Of a DNA stretch of 64,000 nt, positions 31,453-40,824 are shown piece after piece. The translations under genes were made by a program, and so were the position numbers. This stretch comes from Acidimicrobiia bacterium (GTDB taxonomy: Bacteria > Actinomycetota > Acidimicrobiia > Spongiisociales > UBA11373): assembly GCA_016215655.1 (NCBI GenBank), contig JACRIT010000085.1, forward strand, positions 39,007-103,006, given 5' to 3'. The notes under the pieces are model-generated. The model had not been told where the DNA came from and ran no database searches. It saw only the letters and a list, made by a program, of their open reading frames with translations. Position 1 is the stretch's first letter; every line of letters begins with the position of its first letter.

Positions 31453-33676
31453 GAGCCTCGCGATCGTGGGCCACTGCGGCAGCGGCGTGGCCTTCGACAT
31501 CGAGTTGCGGCAGCCAATCCAACCACTTCGGCAGGTACCAGTTCCAGTTGCCGAGAAGGCGCATCCCTGCAGGAACGAGGATCGATCTCACGATCGTGGC
31601 ATCGAGGAACACCGCAATGGCGAGTCCGAAGCCCATCTGCTGCATCATCACGAGGTCCCCGGCGGCGAATCCACCGAACACCGCGACCATGATGAGTGCG
31701 GCGCCGGTGATGATCGCTCCGGTCGTGCGCAGACCGTGCGCCACCGCTTCGGTGTTGTCACCCGATCGGTCGTAGTACTCCCGGATCCTGGTCAACAGGA
31801 ACACGTGATAGTCCATCGACAACCCGAACAGGATCGAGAACAGGAACAGCGGCAGCCACGCCTCGATCGACTCGACCTGAATGAATCCCATCCACTCGGC
31901 GATCTCCTGGATCCAACTCGGCGAGGCCGACGGCTGGAAGAACAGCACCACCGCCCCATACGCAGCTGCCACCGACAGCAGGTTGAGCAGGATCGCCTTG
32001 ATGGGCAGCACGATCGACCGGAAGACGACCGTCAAGAGCAGGAAGCTCAAGCCGAGGACGAAGGTGAACACGATCGGCGTGAACGTGTCGACATCGTCGA
32101 AGAAGTCCACGCTGAATGCCGGATAGCCGCCGACCAGCACCTCCTCGTCCAGCCCGGCAAAGGCTGCCGGCACGTACGTTCCGCGCAGCCGCTCGATTGC
32201 CGCCACCGACGCCTGAGATGCCGAGTCGCCTGCCAGGGGGACCGTGAGCGCATGGATGTCGCCGGCCGCATTGCTCTGCAGCTCGCCGAGCGGAGGGCCA
32301 AATGCCGGGTCGGCCGCCAATGCGGCCAGGAGTTCCTCGAGACCATCCCCCACCTCGGGGGTGATCGCACCGTCGATGACGATCTCGAGCGGCTCCCCCA
32401 ATCCCCCGGAGAACTCCTCGGTGAGGATGAGAAACGCCTGCTTGGCCTCGGTGTCGTCGGGCAACGTGCTGACGCCGGAGAAACCCTTCTCGATCTGGAA
32501 GTAGGCGACACCGATCGCCATGAGCAACGCGGCGCCTGCCAGGAGCCAGACGACCGGGCGGCGCATGACGGCATTCGACATCTTGTCCCAGAACCCGCCG
32601 ACCCGGTCCACGTTGTTGAGGGACTCGGTCTTGCGCACCCGAAGTCGGTTCACCTTGTCGCCGAGGAGCGCCAGCACCGCGGGCAGCAGCGTCATCGACG
32701 CCGCCATCGCCACCACGACCACCAGGATGGCGCCGGTGCTGAGGCTGCGGAAGATGGTGTTGGGCATGAAGAACAGGCCCATGAGGGCGAGGACCACGGT
32801 GAGCCCCGAGAAGAACACGGCCCGGTTGGCCGTGGCGCCGGCTCGACCGATCGCCTCGAGCGTCGCCGCGCCACGGATGCGTTCCTCGCGATAGCGGGCC
32901 ACGATGAAGAGCGAGTAGTCGATCCCCACCGCCAGTCCCATCATCGTGATGAAGTTGGTGATGAAGAACGTGAGGTCGAACATGAGCCCCACGAGGGCAG
33001 TGAGTCCGAACGCCACGGCGATGGCGGCGATGGCGAGCAGGATCGGCAGCACCGCGGCCACCACGGTTCCGATCACGCCCATGAGGACCACGAGGGCGAT
33101 GATGATCCCGAACGACTCGCCCTTTGCCAGGGTCTCCTCGGCGAGCTCCTGAAACACGTTGTTGAGGGTGGCCTGACCCGACAGCAGCGTCTCGATGCCG
33201 GTCGGGTGAGGTATTGCCGCCACGGCCGCCTCCAACTCGAGGGCATCCTCCGAGGCGGCGGCAAGGTCCGAGTTGGCCATGGTCACCGGAAGCAACGCGG
33301 TCATCCCGTCGTCCGACACCGGGCCGGTTTCGTCGAGGAAGGACCCCACGAACAGCACCTTGTCGGGGCCGAGGCCGGCGACGGCAGCCTGGACTTCGCC
33401 GACGAACTGCTGAAAGCTCGGATCCTCGACGGTGATCCCATCGCCCGCGACGATTACGAATTCGGAGAACTTCGGCTCACCGCGCATCTCATCGAGCAGC
33501 TCCTGCGCCTGCACCGATTCGGGGCGATCGGTGAAGGTGACGTCCGTGGTGAGGGCATCGCCAAGCAGCGCCGCCGACAAGAAGCCGGAGCCCGCGATGA
33601 CGGCGATCCACAGCAGTACGGTGATCCAGGGTCGGCGGCTCGAGGCGCGGGCGATCGATTCGGGGTTCAGCTTCAT
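31445..33676 (-). CDS. MMPL-family RND transporter
   Basis: 743 aa; 12-TM, two-periplasmic-loop RND/MMPL architecture. Confidence 0.85.
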   Translation of the reverse strand: MKLNPESIARASSRRPWITVLLWIAVIAGSGFLSAALLGDALTTDVTFTDRPESVQAQELLDEMRGEPKFSEFVIVAGDGITVEDPSFQQFVGEVQAAVAGLGPDKVLFVGSFLDETGPVSDDGMTALLPVTMANSDLAAASEDALELEAAVAAIPHPTGIETLLSGQATLNNVFQELAEETLAKGESFGIIIALVVLMGVIGTVVAAVLPILLAIAAIAVAFGLTALVGLMFDLTFFITNFITMMGLAVGIDYSLFIVARYREERIRGAATLEAIGRAGATANRAVFFSGLTVVLALMGLFFMPNTIFRSLSTGAILVVVVAMAASMTLLPAVLALLGDKVNRLRVRKTESLNNVDRVGGFWDKMSNAVMRRPVVWLLAGAALLMAIGVAYFQIEKGFSGVSTLPDDTEAKQAFLILTEEFSGGLGEPLEIVIDGAITPEVGDGLEELLAALAADPAFGPPLGELQSNAAGDIHALTVPLAGDSASQASVAAIERLRGTYVPAAFAGLDEEVLVGGYPAFSVDFFDDVDTFTPIVFTFVLGLSFLLLTVVFRSIVLPIKAILLNLLSVAAAYGAVVLFFQPSASPSWIQEIAEWMGFIQVESIEAWLPLFLFSILFGLSMDYHVFLLTRIREYYDRSGDNTEAVAHGLRTTGAIITGAALIMVAVFGGFAAGDLVMMQQMGFGLAIAVFLDATIVRSILVPAGMRLLGNWNWYLPKWLDWLPQLDVEGHAAAAVAHDREAHA

Positions 33677-33781
33677 GTCATCCTCGGCTCATGGGACAGG
33701 CCAACGCTAGACGACCTCTCCACCCATTCCGTCCGTCGGGTGTCGTTGCCTCGCCCGCTCACCCAGACCGTCAGACGACGG

Positions 33782-33807
33782 CCCGCCCCACCTTCCGGCG
33801 GGGCGGG
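33782..33807 (-). terminator. GC-rich hairpin downstream of the lipoprotein gene
   Basis: CCCGCCCC-N10-GGGGCGGG; no U-tract, as is common in high-GC actinobacteria. Confidence 0.4.
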
Positions 33808-33830
33808 GGATCATCGAACGCGGTGGGCCG

Positions 33831-34376
33831 TCAGGCGGTCGGATCGTCGAAGTAGGTGAGCACGCCGTCGGCGACGGTGCCCAGGATCTCGATCGGAGCA
33901 TTCACCCAGAAGGCGAGTGCGGAACCGGCCGGAGCCTCCTGGAGCCCCGCCATCCCCTCCACCGAGAAGCCGACCACGGGGATGGTGGCTCCACCCGGCT
34001 GCGGCGGGAACGACTCCAGGATGACATCGGCGAGCACCATCGTTCCGTCGGCGTACACGAACAGGTACCCCCGCACCAGGTGGGGGCGATCGTCGCCGGC
34101 GGACAACGCCTCGTCGACCGAGATCGGCGGCCCCACCGCCACCCGCCCGGTGTCGCCGGGGGGCTCGGTGGTCGTGGTGGTGTCAGCGGCGTCGTCGCCG
34201 CAGGCGGCGAGCGCCCCGACGACGAGAGCCATGGACAGAAGAGCTGTGATCAGCGAGCCCGTTGCCCGGGTCCGGCTACCCGTCTTGCGTTGTCCGACGA
34301 CGCGGCTCGGGACCGGGGACTGGAGACCGGAGACGGGAGACTTCCTGCGTGCGCCTGCAGTGTTCTTGGTGTGCAT
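33831..34376 (-). CDS. putative lipoprotein (MMPL-associated)
   Basis: Signal peptide with lipobox LAAC|GDD; start uncertain (ATG 34376 or GTG ~34301); mature ~130 aa. The 5-prime region carries (C/G)GGAGAC x3 repeats. Confidence 0.55.
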   Translation of the reverse strand: MHTKNTAGARRKSPVSGLQSPVPSRVVGQRKTGSRTRATGSLITALLSMALVVGALAACGDDAADTTTTTEPPGDTGRVAVGPPISVDEALSAGDDRPHLVRGYLFVYADGTMVLADVILESFPPQPGGATIPVVGFSVEGMAGLQEAPAGSALAFWVNAPIEILGTVADGVLTYFDDPTA

Positions 34377-34417
34377 GCGGCTGAGACGAAAGCGGAGTCG
34401 GATGGGTTCCCGTGAAC

Positions 34418-36346
34418 TCAACGGGGGGGCCGGCACCCCGCCCGGATGATCTCGACGACCTCGGGAAGGGGCACCCCGCGCCGCTCTTCGTCGCCTCGCA
34501 ACCGCAGGCCCGCGGTGCCGGCAGCCTGGTCGGAGTCGCCGACCACGAGCACCGCGGGGTGCTTGTGGGTGATGGCGCTGCGCAGCTTCTCCCCCACCGT
34601 CTCGTCGGCGATGTCGACCTCGGTGCGGATTCCGGCATCGCGCAGCCGGGCAGCCACCAGGCCGGCATAGTCGTGGTGCCGATCGGCGACGGGGATCACC
34701 GTCGCCTGCACCGGCGACAGCCAGCCAGGGAGGGCTCCGGCGTAGTGCTCCATGAGCACCCCGAAGAACCGCTCCACCGAGCCGAACAGGGCACGGTGGA
34801 TCATCACCGGGCGCTCCCGCTCGTTGCCGGCGGCGGCGTACTCGAGAGCGAAGTTCTCCGGCTGGCCGAAGTCGACCTGGAGCGTGGAGAGCTGCCAGCG
34901 ACGCCCGATGGCATCGCGCACATGGATGTCGATCTTGGGCCCGTAGAAGGCGCCTTCGCCTTCGGCCACCTGATAGGACAGGCCTGCGGACTCGAGGGCA
35001 TTGGCCAATTCGGCCGTCGCCTTGTCCCAGAGCTCGAGGCGGCCCACGTACTTCTCCGGCCGCGTGGAGAGATCGGCGGAGAACTCCTCGAACCCGAAGT
35101 CGCGCAGCACCATGAGCACGAAATCGAGGAGGTTCTTCAACTCCTCACCCACCTGGGACTCCATGCAGAAGATGTGACTGTCGTCCTGGGTGAAACCGCG
35201 CGCCCGCAGCAGCCCGTGGATCACCCCGCTGCGCTCATAGCGATATACGGTCCCCAGTTCGAAGAAGCGCAGGGGGAGCTCGCGGTACGAACGGGCTCGA
35301 GACCGGTAGATGAGGATGTGCCCCGGGCAGTTCATCGGCTTCAACACGTACTCGTCGCCGTCATCGATCGACATCGTCGGATACATGTTCTCCCGGTAGA
35401 ACGAGAGGTGACCGGAGGTCTCCCACAGATGGCTGCGAGCGATGTGCGGAGTCGAGACGATGTCGTAGCCGTGCGACAGATGGGTGCGCCGCGAGTAGTC
35501 CTCCATGAGCATGCGCACCAGGGCGCCTCGGGGGTGCCACACCGCCAACCCGCTTCCCGTCTCCGGCGGGAACGAGAAGTAGTCGAGCTCGACCCCGAGC
35601 TTGCGGTGATCGCGCTTGCGCGCCTCCTCGAGACGATGGAGGTAGTCCTCTTGAGCCTTGCGACTCTCCCAGGCGGTGCCGTAGATCCGCTGCAGCTGGG
35701 GACGGTGTTCGTCCCCACGCCAGTAGGCCCCGGCGGTGCGCAGCAGCTTGAAGGCGGCGAGGCGGCCGGTCGAGGGGAGGTGGGGACCGCGGCACAGGTC
35801 GATGAAGTCCCGGTTGCGGTACGCCGACACCGAGTCCCCGGCTGCCCCCTCCCCTTCGTCGACGCCCTGGATGATCTCCGACTTGAAAGGATGGGCGGCG
35901 AAGACCTTCATCGCCTCGGCCTTCGACATCTCCACACGTTCGAAGGGCTGGTCTTCCGCGACGATCTCGGCCATGCGGGCCTCGAGACGCATCAGATCCT
36001 CCGGGGTGAAGGCCCGGCCGATGTCGAAGTCGTAGTAGAACCCGTCTTCGATGGGAGGACCGATGGCAAACGTCGCTCCCTCGAACAGGTCCAGCACCGC
36101 CTGGGCGAGCACGTGGGCCGCAGAGTGACGCAACACGTGACGCCCGGCATCGCTCTCCGCAGTGATCACCTCGAGGGTCCCGGAGTGCGGCAACGGCCGG
36201 GCCATGTCCAGCTCGACCCCATCGAGACGCACCGCCACGGCAGCCTCGGCGAGGCGACGGCCGATGGCCCGCGCCGCGTCCGCTCCGGTGCTCCCCTCGG
36301 GGAGTTCGAGCGCCTTGCCATCGGGAAGGGTGAGCGTGAGCGTCAT
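34418..36346 (-). CDS. thrS: threonine--tRNA ligase
   Basis: MTLTLTLPDGKALELPEG (TGS domain), editing domain, class II core; 643 aa from ATG 36346. The ORF-track extension to 36799 is upstream read-through. Confidence 0.9.
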   Translation of the reverse strand: MTLTLTLPDGKALELPEGSTGADAARAIGRRLAEAAVAVRLDGVELDMARPLPHSGTLEVITAESDAGRHVLRHSAAHVLAQAVLDLFEGATFAIGPPIEDGFYYDFDIGRAFTPEDLMRLEARMAEIVAEDQPFERVEMSKAEAMKVFAAHPFKSEIIQGVDEGEGAAGDSVSAYRNRDFIDLCRGPHLPSTGRLAAFKLLRTAGAYWRGDEHRPQLQRIYGTAWESRKAQEDYLHRLEEARKRDHRKLGVELDYFSFPPETGSGLAVWHPRGALVRMLMEDYSRRTHLSHGYDIVSTPHIARSHLWETSGHLSFYRENMYPTMSIDDGDEYVLKPMNCPGHILIYRSRARSYRELPLRFFELGTVYRYERSGVIHGLLRARGFTQDDSHIFCMESQVGEELKNLLDFVLMVLRDFGFEEFSADLSTRPEKYVGRLELWDKATAELANALESAGLSYQVAEGEGAFYGPKIDIHVRDAIGRRWQLSTLQVDFGQPENFALEYAAAGNERERPVMIHRALFGSVERFFGVLMEHYAGALPGWLSPVQATVIPVADRHHDYAGLVAARLRDAGIRTEVDIADETVGEKLRSAITHKHPAVLVVGDSDQAAGTAGLRLRGDEERRGVPLPEVVEIIRAGCRPPR

Positions 36347-36380
36347 GTGGGGAGGAAGGGTAGAACAGGGCGAGGGTGCG

Positions 36381-36459
36381 GGTGCCGGATGCCGGATCCC
36401 AGATGCCAGATACCAGATACCAGACGCATCCGGCTCCGGTCTGGAATCTGGCATCTGGG
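36381..36459 (-). promoter_or_regulatory. long imperfect hairpin in the thrS 5-prime leader, built from GCCGGAT x2 and CCAGATN x4 heptamer repeats
   Basis: CCCAGATGCCAGATACCAGATACCAGAC-gcatccggctccg-GTCTGGAATCTGGCATCTGGG (36398-36459), 35-113 nt upstream of the thrS ATG; candidate attenuator or operator. Confidence 0.5.
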
Positions 36460-36543
36460 ACCTGGAACCTTCTCCTTGCCCGAAATCCTTCACTCGCGCC
36501 CGCCCGGGTTCTACGCTGCGCCGTGATCGAGTGAGGAGAGCCC

Positions 36544-36717
36544 GTGTTTGCCCTCGTGAGCAGCCTGATCCTCGGGTTGGCCGCTTCGGCCGGACGCCCG
36601 TCGCGTCTGGTGATGCTCCACGACCCGATCCATCCCGACCTGCCGTGCCCGTGGTGCCGGACCGCCACCATCGAGGACGATTCCACCTGCCCGGGGTGCG
36701 GCAAGCTCTTCGGGTGA
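36544..36717 (+). CDS. small zinc-ribbon protein (57 aa), absent from the ORF track
   Basis: GTG start with GAGGAG 5 nt upstream; VFALVSSLILGLAASAGRPSRLVMLHDPIHPDLPCPWCRTATIEDDSTCPGCGKLFG; two CxxC pairs; strongly GC-biased third positions. Confidence 0.45.
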   Translation: MFALVSSLILGLAASAGRPSRLVMLHDPIHPDLPCPWCRTATIEDDSTCPGCGKLFG

Positions 36718-36758
36718 CGACGGTGGTGGGGTGACGCGCTCCTCCTAGACTCCTCGAG

Positions 36759-37754
36759 GTGTCACGAGTCGGCCTCGTACTCGGCGGCGGCGGCATCACC
36801 GGCGCCGCCTTTCATTTTGGAGCCCTGCTCTCGCTGCGCATGGCGACGGAGTGGGACCCCGGCTCTGCCGACGTGGTCGTCGGCACGTCGTCGGGCGCGG
36901 TGCTGGCCGCCCTGGTCCGCTCCGACCGACTCTCGATCGACGCGCTGATCGGCGACGTCCACGGTCCCGGTGAACTCGCCTGGGAATTACGCCGGCGCAT
37001 CTACCGGCGCACCCGGCCCAGTGGCGTCGGGCGGTGGATGCGTCATGGCGTCCTCCCCGGGCTGCGTCGACCCGGCATCGGACTCGCCGTCGGTTCCCCG
37101 GCGCGCTACTCGACCGACGGCATCTCCGACTGGATTCGTGACACCGTGGGCGACGCCGCCGCCGACGGGTGGCCCGGTGCCCCCACCACGATCGTCGCCT
37201 ACGAGGTCGAATCGCGCCGTCGCGTGGCCTTTGGGACAGAGGGCAGCCCCGACGTCGGTCTCGCCACCGCGGTAGCCGCCTCGTCGGCGGTGCCGCTCGT
37301 GTTCGAGCCGGTGCTCATCGAGGGCAGGCACTACGTCGACGGCGGCGTCACGAGCGGCACCAACGTGGACCTCCTCCTCGGCCACCCCGAACCGCTCGAC
37401 CTCATCATCGTGGTGGCGCCCATGGCCTCGCTCGAGGGCCGGCCCGACGCCCGCTTCTATGAGGGCTACCTCGATCGCCTCGGTGCCAGTGCGCTCACCG
37501 ACGAACTGGCGAGCGTCTCCAGGGTGTGGCCCGAAAGCGATGTCATCGTGCTGCGACCCGACGCCGCCGTCCTCACCGCCTCGCGGCCGAATCCGCTCGA
37601 TCCGGCGGCGGCCCTTCCGGCCTTCCTGGCGACGCTGCGCTCGATGCGGTCGCTCCTGGCTGGAGCCGACGTATGGCCGCTGTTGGAGCGGCACTTTCCG
37701 CCTGCCCGGCGCCACCGGTCGTGGGCGACCCGGCTGCGGTCGTTGCGCGGCTGA
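36759..37754 (+). CDS. patatin-like phospholipase
   Basis: GGGGITGAAFHFGAL (oxyanion hole), GTSSG (nucleophile Ser), DGG (catalytic Asp); 331 aa. Confidence 0.85.
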   Translation: MSRVGLVLGGGGITGAAFHFGALLSLRMATEWDPGSADVVVGTSSGAVLAALVRSDRLSIDALIGDVHGPGELAWELRRRIYRRTRPSGVGRWMRHGVLPGLRRPGIGLAVGSPARYSTDGISDWIRDTVGDAAADGWPGAPTTIVAYEVESRRRVAFGTEGSPDVGLATAVAASSAVPLVFEPVLIEGRHYVDGGVTSGTNVDLLLGHPEPLDLIIVVAPMASLEGRPDARFYEGYLDRLGASALTDELASVSRVWPESDVIVLRPDAAVLTASRPNPLDPAAALPAFLATLRSMRSLLAGADVWPLLERHFPPARRHRSWATRLRSLRG

Positions 37755-37766
37755 CCACTCCGCCGA

Positions 37767-39278
37767 TCAACCCACGGCGATGCGCACCGTGTGATGTCCC
37801 GTGGCGCCATCGGGGCGGGGCGGCAGGGGTTCGGCGGTCTGGGTGTATCCGGTGGCATCGGTCGCCCGCACCGCCACCCGATGCTCCCCGGCCGTCAGAT
37901 CGACGGTCGCCTGCCATTGGACCCAGGCATGGGACGACAACGCCTGCGTGATCTCGCCGGGGACCCACTCCCCCGCGTCCACGGAGACCTCGACACCGGA
38001 TACCCCGTGCAGCGGCGCCCACGCCACGCCCGCCACCGCCACCGGACCGGGAGCCACCCGGGAACGGGGGAGATCGATGCGGGACTGCGTCTTCACCGGA
38101 GCCGCCTTCGACCATCCCCGCGGCACCCAGTAGGCGTCGAACCCATCCCAGGTGGTGAGCTCGATCTCGGAAAGCCACTTGGTCGCCGACACATAGCCAT
38201 AGAGGCCGGGAACGATGAGCCTCGCCGGGAAGCCGTGCGCCGCCGGAAGCGGATCCCCGTTCATGGCCAGAGCGACCAGCGGCTCCCGCCCGTCGAACGC
38301 GGCATCGGGCGGGAATCCCACGGTGAAGCCATCGACCGACCGTCCCACGAGCTGGCTGGCTCTCGATTGCACCCCGGCGCGCTCGAGGATCTCGGCGAGA
38401 CGCACACCGGTCCACCGGGCGTTGCCAACGAGTTCGCCACCCACTTCGTTCGACACGCAGGCGATGGTGACGTGATCCTCGACCAACTCCATGCCGAGGA
38501 GGTCGTCATAGGTGAACGCCAGCGGCTCGTCGACGAGACCCGACACCCGCAGCGTCCAGCGGCCGAGATCGACCCGGGGAACGACGAGCGCGGTGTCGAT
38601 GCGATAGAACTCGCGGTTGGGCACCACGATCGGCGTGATCCCATCGAGGGCGAAGGAGTGCTCCGCGCCCGGGGTCACCGCCGGGCGTGGTACCGGCCCG
38701 ATCACCCGCGGCGCCACCGCCGGTGTCGCCGTCGACAGGCTCCTGCCGACCACTCCGGCGGCGAGGGCGGCCGCCCCGGCGGCGCCGGCCATGCCGAGAA
38801 AGCGACGCCGCGACCCATCGGCGGGAACGCCGTCGGTGGGGGCGGCGTCACCGCCGATCCGGCCCAGGCCAAAGGCGACCAGGATCCCGGCGGCGACCGC
38901 GATGAGGGTGGCCCAGCTCACCGCCACGGCCCCGGCATCGGGCTCGCCACTTCCGGCAAGCGCCCCGAGGACGCCGAAGCCGGCGAAGACCGTCACGAGC
39001 ACCGCGGGGCGGGTGCGCGCCGCCACACCGGCGAACCACCCGAGCATCGCCGCCACCACGACCGTGCCGATCGCCAGCGCCGTCTTGTCGGCCGTCCCAA
39101 AGGTGGCGATGGCGAAGTCCTTCAGCCAGGGGGGAGACCCGTCGACGACGGCGCCTCCCACTGCGGCGAGCGGCGAAGGAATCGCGCTGAACAATCCCCC
39201 GGCCAGTTCCCCCACCCCGAGGGCGACTCCGGCGCCGACGAGTCCGGCGGTCCCCCATCGCACGGTGTCCGGTCGCAT
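37767..39278 (-). CDS. membrane-anchored molybdopterin-dependent oxidoreductase (sulfite-oxidase family)
   Basis: N-terminal ~4 TM helices, an internal SRRRFLG twin-arginine-like motif, a Moco-binding core (VSNEVGG..NARWTGVRL..GFPARLIVPGLYG) and a C-terminal Ig-like dimerisation domain. Start set at MRPDTVRW; the ORF extends to 39338. Confidence 0.8.
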   Translation of the reverse strand: MRPDTVRWGTAGLVGAGVALGVGELAGGLFSAIPSPLAAVGGAVVDGSPPWLKDFAIATFGTADKTALAIGTVVVAAMLGWFAGVAARTRPAVLVTVFAGFGVLGALAGSGEPDAGAVAVSWATLIAVAAGILVAFGLGRIGGDAAPTDGVPADGSRRRFLGMAGAAGAAALAAGVVGRSLSTATPAVAPRVIGPVPRPAVTPGAEHSFALDGITPIVVPNREFYRIDTALVVPRVDLGRWTLRVSGLVDEPLAFTYDDLLGMELVEDHVTIACVSNEVGGELVGNARWTGVRLAEILERAGVQSRASQLVGRSVDGFTVGFPPDAAFDGREPLVALAMNGDPLPAAHGFPARLIVPGLYGYVSATKWLSEIELTTWDGFDAYWVPRGWSKAAPVKTQSRIDLPRSRVAPGPVAVAGVAWAPLHGVSGVEVSVDAGEWVPGEITQALSSHAWVQWQATVDLTAGEHRVAVRATDATGYTQTAEPLPPRPDGATGHHTVRIAVG

Positions 39279-39328
39279 TCCCCACTCAACGCCCCGACCC
39301 GTCGGGTCGTTCCCGGTACCGTCACCGC

Positions 39329-39754
39329 ATGGGACCACGGGCCCGCCGGATCGCAGCCGTCACGGTGGTGGGCATCCAGCTCGTGCTCATCCTGCGCGCC
39401 TATTCGGCACCGATCGACACCTTTGGGTTTCAGATGTTTCCCGAATCGTCGCAGTGGCAGGCGGAGATCTACCGGGTGCTGGGCAACGGCAGTCGGATCG
39501 ACGTGCGCCAACCGTGGCCCGGCGGCTACCGGTGGGAGGACCTCGTCGACGCCCGTGGACTCGGGGCACCCTACGACCCCCACCACGCCGATGCCGGACT
39601 CGATGCCACGATGTACCTGCTCGATGCCGCCCTCGATTGGGTCGCCGCCAACACCCCTGACGACCACGAGACCGTCCGCCTCATCGCCGAAGTCACCCTC
39701 ATCCACAACGGCCGGGCGCCCACGACGCTGGTGCTGGAGAGCGATCCACGGTGA
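39329..39754 (+). CDS. hypothetical signal-anchored protein (first gene of the HTTM operon)
   Basis: 141 aa, N-terminal hydrophobic helix RIAAVTVVGIQLVLILRAYSA, no Cys; its stop overlaps the next GTG start. Confidence 0.5.
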   Translation: MGPRARRIAAVTVVGIQLVLILRAYSAPIDTFGFQMFPESSQWQAEIYRVLGNGSRIDVRQPWPGGYRWEDLVDARGLGAPYDPHHADAGLDATMYLLDAALDWVAANTPDDHETVRLIAEVTLIHNGRAPTTLVLESDPR

Positions 39755-40824
39755 TGGGCCGCGTGCGCCAATGGCTCTCCGCGCTCGACGAGCCGATCGA
39801 CCCGCGCCCCTTGGTGCTGCTGCGTCTTGCCGTCGGGCCCTTGGTGCTGATGCACCTCATGCCGTTCCTCTCGCGAGCCGCCGATGGCGTCATCTATCGA
39901 GACCGCTTCTGGCTGCCCTATGCCGACTGGTATCCCCATCTGCCGCGTGACGCCTACCTGGCGCTCTTGTGGTGCGTCGTCGCCGCCGGGTTCCTGGTGT
40001 CCCTCGGTCTCATCACCCGAATCGCGGCGTGGGTGTGCGCCGCAGGCGTCGCCTACAACCTCTTTCTCAGCCAGACCCACTTTCACCACAACCGGGCGTT
40101 TCTCCTGATCCTGCTCGTCGGTGTCGCCGTGCTTCCCGCCGGCGCGTCGCTGTCGGTCGATCGACGCATCGGGACGCCGGCTCGTCTCAGCCGTGGCCGG
40201 GGAAGGCGGCTGGCGCTGGTGGTGCTCCGGGTCGAGATCGCCCTCGTGTATCTCGCCTCCGGCGTATCGAAGCTGCTCGATGCCGACTGGTGGGGCGGCA
40301 CGGTCACCCGGCTGCGGGTGGTCGCCGGCGCCGACCGGGTGCCCGGCTTCCTTGCGGACCTCCTCCTCGATCCCGGGTTCCACGCCTGGGTCGCCAAGGC
40401 GATCGTGGTGACGGAGATCTTCATCGGCGCCGGGCTGCTGTGGCGGCGCACCCGCCTTGCCGCGGTGTGGGCGGCGATCCCCTTCCACCTCGCCATCGAG
40501 GCGACGGCCGCCGTCCAGGTCTTCTCCTGGGCGGCCCTGGCGGCGCTCGTGGTGTGGGTGACGCCGTCGTCGTCCGATCGCCGCCTCCAGGTGGCCTCGG
40601 GACGCCAGGCGCGACTGGTGCGCGCTCTCGATTGGACGGGACGCTTCGTGGTCACCACCGGCCCGCAGATCGAACTCGAAGACCGAGGCGGCCGACGCCG
40701 GCAGGGACGCGAGGCGGCGCGATTCGCCGCGACCCGATTCCCCCTCACCTTCTGGGTCGTGGCACCGCTGATGCTGGTGCATGCCGCCTACCCTTCGGCA
40801 GACGCCGAGAAAGGAATGCCGTGA
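39751..40824 (+). CDS. HTTM-domain (vitamin K-dependent gamma-carboxylase-like) polytopic membrane protein
   Basis: LVLLRLAVGPLVLMHLMPF...DRFWLPYADWYPH...NRAFLLILLVGVAVLP; 357 aa, multiple TM helices. Confidence 0.8.
   Translation: MMGRVRQWLSALDEPIDPRPLVLLRLAVGPLVLMHLMPFLSRAADGVIYRDRFWLPYADWYPHLPRDAYLALLWCVVAAGFLVSLGLITRIAAWVCAAGVAYNLFLSQTHFHHNRAFLLILLVGVAVLPAGASLSVDRRIGTPARLSRGRGRRLALVVLRVEIALVYLASGVSKLLDADWWGGTVTRLRVVAGADRVPGFLADLLLDPGFHAWVAKAIVVTEIFIGAGLLWRRTRLAAVWAAIPFHLAIEATAAVQVFSWAALAALVVWVTPSSSDRRLQVASGRQARLVRALDWTGRFVVTTGPQIELEDRGGRRRQGREAARFAATRFPLTFWVVAPLMLVHAAYPSADAEKGMP

Noticed and set aside
31337-33859. 840-aa plus-strand ORF
   Set aside because: Antisense to the MMPL transporter gene.
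34412-36526. 704-aa plus-strand ORF
   Set aside because: Antisense to thrS.
37791-39950. 719-aa plus-strand ORF
   Set aside because: Antisense to the Moco oxidoreductase, which has clear motifs on the minus strand.
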